From: Octopus sinensis
Lineage: Eukaryota
Assembly (NCBI RefSeq): GCF_006345805.1
Contig: NC_042999.1
Coordinates: 92,008,001-92,072,000, forward strand
Direction of reading: 5' to 3'
Length of the DNA: 64,000 nt
Positions within the stretch are counted from its first letter, which is position 1; each line of letters opens with the position of its first letter. A model generated the notes under the pieces. The model searched no databases. It had not been told where the DNA came from and worked only from the letters and a program-made list of their open reading frames with translations. The translations under genes and the position numbers were made by a program. Of this stretch, positions 55,840-64,000 are shown in pieces.

Positions 55840-56825
55840 TGAGGTAGGTGCAAAAATAATTGCGGTTATTTATGCTTATATTTGTATTAATTTTTATGTA
55901 GCTATAGTTACGTACAATCCCACTGGAAAACCTATATTTGGCGCCATTGGTTTACGTTTACAGATTTTTGTTACAATTTAGTCACGTGTATTTCAGACTA
56001 AGAATTTTTTTCAAATATAACAGGTAAATTAAATTAGTTTACTCTATGAATTCAAAGCCGAAAAAGAGAGAAAACTGTCTGCATTTTAACTAAGATGTCA
56101 ATTAATCAAATATTTAACATTTGTTCCATATATTTTGAGAGAAGACGAAAGCTTTGAAAACAAAGAAGACTGCAGATAGCATCTATGACGAGCAAACCCC
56201 AAATAAGGGCCATTATTTGAGTGAATCCACGTAAAATATATCGAGACTGAGAAGACATACATAGACTGTAACCCAATTATTCTGCAGCATATGCAAGATA
56301 ATGGAAAATATGAATAACTCCATAAATATACCGAATGAAAATATAAAGATCCCAGTTACAATGTCTACACAGTGTAAGGAAAATTAGTACTTTCTTTATC
56401 GCATTGCGACACTTGGCGAGAAATTGATTATACGCAAACCCCTCTGCAGTGGGGCTTGTTTGAGACCGCCCTAACAAAACACTCCCACAAACCGAATCTG
56501 CGTGGTACCTGGCAAGTAGAATCACCCACTACTACTTCTAGAAATTTTGCGAAACCATCACCGAGAATTACTGCTATGAGACCGATATAATGCACAAAGA
56601 ATAGTAATGTTTACGACCAGCACTTGTTCTCTGTGATAAAGTATGAGACCGAATGAGCGTTCAGAAGCTGAGCGTAGTGAAATACAAAATTAACTTCTCC
56701 AGGTTACCCCGATCATCCACAATTATAGATTTGCTCGGCAATTTTTTTTTTACTTCTGAGCTGGCATCACTTATTACTTTAATTATTGGTGATTATGAAC
56801 CGCAATTATCTTTGTGCCAACCGTA
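55840..56825 (+). mobile_element. Heavily decayed cecropia/Hsmar1-like mariner with both TIRs
   Basis: TIRs AGGTAGGTGCAAAAATAATTGCGGTT / AACCGCAATTATCTTTGTGCCAACCG; internal remnants EDESFEN, ETITENYC, LRPALV. Confidence 0.7.
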
Positions 56826-57614
56826 TATATAACACGACACGCGCGCGCCCACACATACATACATATATACATACATACATATGTGTACATATAAATATAT
56901 ATTATATGTACATACATAAAGAGAGAGAAAGAGATACAGACAGAGACAGAGAGAGCTACAAGTGCAATTTAAAATAAAGCTAATTCGTATCGCAGAACGG
57001 TTCCCCGCTCTCACTTTTCGAGACGATTATGTTTTTACCCTCATAAATTACAGGCTTATGTAACTAAATATATTTATTCAGAACGAATTTTATAGATATC
57101 TGAATACCATGTCACTTGATAAATGTTTTCAATGTTGTATACTTATACTTCGTTTCAATCAAATATTATTATTACATATATTGTATCGGAATAAGGATAG
57201 TTTTAAAATTTGCTTAATCTTTTGACTTTCTGCAGTTTTTCTTCTTTTCATTCTTACTTTCAATGAAATATTCTGGAGTCCATAACTTATATTTATCAAT
57301 TAAAGATTTCATTACTTCGAATACTACTACTAAAGCATAAATAAAGCTTGCATGGTCCTGATGTTATTCCCTCCACAAGATGAACCGGTGTCTAAAACTA
57401 TTTAACTCAAAATCTGATAATCACTTCGAAGTTACTTTCAAACAGGCCCATAGGCTGGAGAGTTACCGCTTGAGTGATGCAAAGGCGTCATCCACCAGGA
57501 TTAGTAGGGAATCACAGTGGATGCTGCTGCTACTACTACTATTGCTACTACTGCTACTATTACTATTACTACTACTACTACTACTACACAAAAATGTCAG
57601 ATACGTAACCCATT

Positions 57615-57866
57615 TGTATATATATATATCGTGGTATTCTATAATAATTTATGTATATATATATATATATATATACATTAATACATATGTATATATATAA
57701 TCCTATATACATATGTATATTAATATGCATATTATATATATATATATATATATTATTATACATATGTATATATACATATGTATATATATATATATATACA
57801 TATATCTATACATATGTATATATATATATATATATAATATACATATATAATATACATATATATATA

Positions 57867-57920
<54 letters not shown>

Positions 57921-57963
57921 GTATATATATATATATATATATATACATATGTATATAATATAT

Positions 57964-58012
<49 letters not shown>

Positions 58013-58072
58013 ATAATATACATATGTATATATATATATTACATATGTATTTATATATATATATATATATAT
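57615..58072. repeat. (TA)n-rich microsatellite
   Basis: Direct reading. Confidence 0.97.
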
Positions 58073-58089
58073 ACTCTTTTGCCATACTG

Positions 58090-58955
58090 CGGCACTACAG
58101 TGTAACCATCTTTTCAGTTGCCATTGTTATGTAATTGACCTTTGGTGAAGTTGAACTTCGACACTGTTTTTTGCAGGGTCAACTGGGACCTTTGACCGCA
58201 GGAGGTTAAGTCGTTTCTTGAAAATATCTACCCCTATCACATGTAGATCTCTCAGCTGTTTTGGCTATGTATTAAGCAGTTGTGGACCCTTCATACCCAG
58301 TCTGTTACAGTAGATGGTCTTCACTCTAGGCAGCATAGTGACGTTCAGTCCTGGAGTTTGTAAAACTCTCGATGCCAAAGTTTGGGGCCAACCTCTTTAG
58401 GATCTTCCTTGTGTATATCACTGTATATTTGTCCCGTCTTCGCTCCAGATAGTTGAATCGTAGCTCTTTCGGCCTTTCCCAATAGCTCACATGTTCCATT
58501 GATGCAATCTTCCTCGTGTAGCACCGCTGAACTGCCTCATGTTCTGCAATTAACTTTACACTGTGAGTTGACCACATTTGAAAGCAGTAGTCCAAATGGC
58601 TGAGAATAAATGTTACCCCATAGAACCAGTATAGTTTCCAGGTCTGTCATTCTGAAAGTTCAAATAATTCATCCGGCCATAAACCTGATCATTGACCACC
58701 ATTTTGGTGATATGCACATGAAACAAGGTGTTGTTGCTGACCTCAGTCACCAGATAATGCACCGTACATGATTCTCAGATTGCTGCTCCACTTGGTCCAA
58801 AGTAAGGTTCCTTGACTGCTTGTACTACTTTTGTGTCGTTGGCATGGCTAGTAAGAGTGGCTGTCTGTGTAACTGAGGGCATGTCCGAAAGGGCCACCAT
58901 AAACATTAGCGGCCCAAAGACAGTTCCCTGAGGCACTCCACTCGCTATTAGTCAC
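58090..58955 (-). mobile_element. CR1-group LINE 3' fragment
   Basis: SGVPQGTVFGPLMF, HANDTK (YADD-like), DYCFQMWS..EAVQRCYTRKI..SYWERPKEL..LERRR. Confidence 0.85.
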
Positions 58956-59153
58956 CCAGCAACGTCTTCATTTATTCTCTCTTCAAAATCTAAAACATTA
59001 TGCTTCTTATCTCTTAGTACAACACTGGCAAGCCTCTGGTTTTCTGCTTCTATTCAAAAGTTTGGGGCCAGTCCATAGCTTTCTCTCTTAATTAGATAAT
59101 ATAGTTCTTTTCTGCTCCCTCATGTCTTTCCATGCCAGTTCTTTTATTCTTAT

Positions 59154-59220
<67 letters not shown>

Positions 59221-59779
59221 CCTCCCTCTCTCTCCCTCTCGCAATTTATCTCGCTCAATTTCTTACTCTCTTTCACGTATGTGTATGCCTTGAGTGTTTG
59301 AGCTGTGTGCGCGTGTGTATGTGTGAGCTATATACGCGTGAACTATATGTCTATATGTATGTGCATGTGTGTATGCGTGTTTGTTTGTGTGTTTGTGTGT
59401 GATGTTTGTGTGTGTGCGTGTTTGTGCATGTGTGTATGCGCGCTCGAGTATGTGTATATGTCTATTGCACTCTGTTTACACTATGCGAATCAGTGCAGTA
59501 TTCTCGGTACGAATCATTTAGAAGCAAATGGTTTTCTGTAAAACAAAAGAATGATTACAATGTACATAAAGCAACAAAGCCCCTTGCGGCGTGGTTATTT
59601 ATTCATTTGTATGTTCCACACTGAATCATAAGTGGTTTCAGCGACTTATATCCTACATAACTAGACCGATGTATTAACTATTACTACCATACTATGTATG
59701 TATATACATACATAGACACAGAAAAACAGACAGACAGGCAAGTAGGTAGACAGACACTGACGAATTAAATGATTGATAA

Positions 59780-59802
59780 ATAGAAAGATAGATAAAGATA
59801 CC

Positions 59803-59881
<79 letters not shown>

Positions 59882-59958
59882 GGAGAGAGAGAGAGAATAA
59901 TAAATATACAGACAAGCAGACAAAGAGAGAGAGAGAGAAAGATAGATACCTAGATAGG

Positions 59959-60028
<70 letters not shown>

Positions 60029-60030
60029 TG
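59780..60030. repeat. (GATA)n/(GA)n microsatellite
   Basis: Direct reading. Confidence 0.97.
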
Positions 60031-60465
60031 AAAAGAAGACATCGCCATAAGTAATCATATCTAATTTTATCTTGAGTTTAACCAATCCCTTGACAGGCGT
60101 CTTTGATATAGTTTCATGTTTATACTGGACCCATTCTGATTAACACTGTTTATATATTGAAATTGAACGCGTTTTCTTGCTTTATTTTTTTTTGTTGTTC
60201 ACTCGTTATTTGTCACAAACGTAACAGCAATGATATTGCTGACAAGTGAAGCAAGCAGTTCAATCCAAATCAGAAACACAACCTTCATCAATAATAAAAA
60301 CAGCAATTAATATATGAGAAGGTGAAATGAGACTTGATAGCCATAGTGAAATCAGAAAGACAATTTCAATCGCCATTAAACTCAAAAATACATGCGCATC
60401 ACAATCATCAACTCAATCAACATCACCACCGCCAACAACAACAACAACAACACCAACAACTAAAC

Positions 60466-61305
60466 CAGTAGTTCACAAACCTTACACTTAGTTTCCCCAC
60501 GGACCACTGGACCCCTTTTAATATACTTATCCTTATGTGTATATATATATATTTAACACTGTTTATATATTGAAATTGAACTCGATAACTGAAGAGATGC
60601 CGGTGCAGATTTCCGCCCCGACATCCGAAACTCGGATTTTTATTATGCCAACCGAATAATTGTCACATATTAAATTACAGATAAATTCCTCTATTTACTT
60701 AAAATCGCGGTCTCTTTCATTTCTTTGTTGTCTTACTATTACTATTAGGTTGTCAAAAAATTTCTTGCGGGATGTTTAATTTTGGTTTTAAATGATGTAT
60801 TTTCAAATTAATTTTCGTTAAATTACTTTTGACTTTATTTATCATTCTAAAGTCCGTTTGTCGTTCTATCTAATCGTGCTACTTCTTTTTGAATAATTCG
60901 GCCATTTTTTCCGGAACGTTGAATACAACATGGACAAAAAGCAAATTCGCACAATTTTCTTATTCTAGTTCAAGCTAGGCCGAAAAGCTGCTGAAACAGC
61001 TCGCGATATCAACGATGCGTTTGACCCAGGAACCACTAATGAACGTACAGCACAATGGTGGTTCAAGAAACTTCGTAGCGGTGACGTGAGTCTTGAAGAT
61101 GATAAGTGTAGTGGTCGGCCATCGGATGTTGGCAACGATCATCTAAGAGCCTTAGTCAACGCCAATCCATGCACAACTGTTCGAGAGCTTGCTTCTGAAT
61201 TAGACGTAACGTACAAAACAATTTCCAACCACTTGGAAAAGATTGGAAAAAAATTACTTGAGTAATGGGTGCCGCACGAATTAAACACCCCCATACACAC
61301 ACACG

Positions 61306-61351
<46 letters not shown>

Positions 61352-62193
61352 ACACACACACACAAACGCCGTTTTGAAATGTCGTCTTCCCTTCTGTTAC
61401 GCAAGAACGACCCGTTCCATCACAGCTTTTTTGGATCCAGGCGCAACCATTACGGCGGAAAAGTGCTGTCAACAAATGGATGAAATGCATAAGGAACTCA
61501 GACAACAACAGCCAGCATTGGTCAATACAAAAGGACCAATTCTTCTCCACGACAACGCTCGGCCGCATGTCGAACTAACCCTGCAAAAATTGAACGAATT
61601 GGGCAACGAAACTTTGCCTCATCCGCCATACTCACCAAACCTCTCGCCTACCGACTACCACTTTTTCAAGCATCTCGACAACTTCCTGCGTGAGGAATGC
61701 TTAAAAAACCAAGACGATGCCAAACACGCTTCAATGACTTCATCGCCACCAGTACGCAGAATTTTTACGCTACTGGCATAAATAGACTTGTTTCACGTTT
61801 TCAAAAGTGTGTTGACTCTGCTGATGTTAATTTCGATTAATAAAGTTTTGTTTGAGCCGATATATATGCATCTGAATTTAAAGATTAAAAACTACAAGAA
61901 CTTTCTTGACAACCTAATATTAATTCAGTTGAATAAATTTAAAACGGTTTGGTTTTCACATTTTTTATTATAGTATTTTAACATAAAAAAAATATTTTGT
62001 AATGTTCGTAAAGTTCAATTACGTAGTAATCATAATAAAAAACGTGAAAACCAGACCATGCTTTAACTTTATTCAACTGATATATTATTCTATATACATT
62101 ACACAAATTCGGAAAAAATATATAAATGAAATTTTGAATTTAGCTCACTGGCCCCCAGTACTACTTTTGCGGACCCCAGTTTGGAAACCACTG
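60466..62193. mobile_element. hAT (Charlie-like) MITE hosting nested insertions
   Basis: Imperfect TIRs CAGTAGTTCACAAAC / GTTTGGAAACCACTG; flanking 8-mers AACTAAAC / GACCAAAC. Confidence 0.6.
60745..61917 (+). mobile_element. Mariner (cecropia-type, DD34D) with TIRs, internal deletion and (CA)n insertion
   Basis: TIRs TTAGGTTGTCAA / TTGACAACCTAA with TA flanks; MDKKQIRTIF from 60930, WVPHELN, LLHDNARPH, HPPYSPNLSPTDYHFF. Confidence 0.93.
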
Positions 62194-63268
62194 GACCAAA
62201 CAGTAAAACAGTAAAAGATCGCCGATACCGTCCGAAATTACGGAAAATTCTTCAGAGGTATCAGAAGATAAATGGATATCTCTATATACGTATGTCTTCC
62301 TTGCATGTATATATTTTAAATAGATATCTCCATATATGTATGCTTTTCTTGCATGCTTGTATTTTAAACAAAATAGATGGGTAGATTAATTAAACTTGAA
62401 ATTGCTTCGTTGGAAAATTGACGTAAAAAACATCATTGAGTAACTCTTCTATTAGTAGAAATACCGTAGGAAGATAAAGTACAAGCTTGGAGCAAGCTTT
62501 GCCTCTTTTTTCCCTATCCTTTATATTGATTTATTATAGTTATTTATTTATTGCTCATCATTCTGCAATAATTATAATCGGAAATATTAATCAAACTGGC
62601 TAACTTTTACATTTTCTTAGGATTTTTCCATCGTTTTCCATTTTTTTTTTCCTTTTACGTTTTAATAGGAAATGCAAACGCTTGTGGCTGTCTAAAGAAA
62701 ATCGGTTAGAGAATGTGGTGCGTCCATCAAAGAAATCTTAAGTAACGAAAAAATATAAAAAGCAAACACTACACCTGCAGAAAATAACAATAACAAGCAA
62801 AGAAAACAAGATTAATCAACTATGTAGACACATAAACGCTACAGAACTAAACGAAATACTTAGAGAAAGATTAAATTCTTTCATTCGAATTCGAAATAAT
62901 ATCCGTTAATTACTTACTGCTTCGCTATTGATACATTTATAATTTTAAAAGCTTTTCTTAAAAACTTGTGCAAGTAATAAATTCCTTTATTCTCTCATTT
63001 GATTTATTTCTATTTCCCTTTTACTCAAATGATACCGAGAGAATAGATATGAGCGGTATAAAGAGATATTTTTCTAAATATTTCCGTTAAACCGCTATCA
63101 CTTTATAAACATCACCTAAATCTGTATAATTCCTTCACTCATTTTTTTAACCCCTCCCTCGCCTCATTTCCCCCTCTCTTACACACACATACACGCATTC
63201 ACAAACACACACACACAAACAAACAAACATACACGCAAAGATAGAGACGGAGAAAACATATGTTATAC

Positions 63269-63361
<93 letters not shown>

Positions 63362-63465
63362 ATACATATATACATATATACACACACATTATATCCATAT
63401 ATACACATATCTTTTGTTTTATTCGTTTCAGCCATACAGCTACGGTCATGCTGGAGCACCACCGT

Positions 63466-63900
63466 GATCTCTTATTTCTTCAGGTTGGGTGGGAGTTATA
63501 TCACCACTCCTGTATGTGCCTTTCTCCCAACTTTTGGCCCATTTGGTGTATGAGGGAGTTTGACACCACAGCCCTCGTCTGTACCTCATGTAGGGCCGTT
63601 AGTTCAGCCAGTTTTGTGGAGATGAAGATGTCTAGTTCCTTTCTGAAGACATCTACGTCCACATTATGTAAATTTCTTAATCTTTTGTGGCAGATCATTG
63701 AAGAGCTGTGGACCTTCGAACCCTAGACTATTGCAGTACCTGGTCCTGAATTTAGATGGAGTGGAAGGTACCTTTGGTACAATACAATGGCGTCCAGTTC
63801 TGGCATTTGTATGATATTCTATGCCGAAATTAGGTACTAGCCCTTCTAGAGGTTTCCATATGTAGATTATTGCATATCTTCCACCTTTCTGGGTAGGGCA
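63466..63900 (-). mobile_element. CR1-group LINE 3' end
   Basis: NSLGFEGPQLFN..LRNLHNVDVDVFRKELD..SNSLIHQM; related to 58090-58955. Confidence 0.75.
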
Positions 63901-64000
63901 TATAATACTTTCTTTCAGTTTTTTGGGAAGTTTACCGTTTGTAAGAAATCTCTGGAAAACTATCTGCTTACAATACTTCAGGAGAATAGCTGAGAAGCCA

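Overview
AT-rich, microsatellite-dense animal genomic DNA made almost entirely of repeats. The SINE families and Dong/R4 LINE content suggest a coleoid cephalopod such as Octopus (inference). Bases 0.5-21 kb are a co-oriented (minus-strand) pile-up of at least six families of restriction-like-endonuclease (R4/Dong clade) non-LTR retrotransposons, mostly embedded in (TTA)n/(TAA)n tracts. One copy is near full length, and its ORF is broken only by 1-2 nt indels. The rest of the window holds tRNA-derived SINEs, decayed mariner/Tc1/hAT/Helitron/RTE/CR1/Tx1/Penelope fragments, and many fold-back elements carrying hammerhead-ribozyme motifs (one intact at 38570-38634). The only host-gene-like signal found is a minus-strand terminal exon (44305-44476) encoding a CxxC zinc-ribbon half plus a protamine-like Arg/Lys tail. 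All calls were made by eye; boundaries of decayed elements are approximate and family labels A-E are my own.
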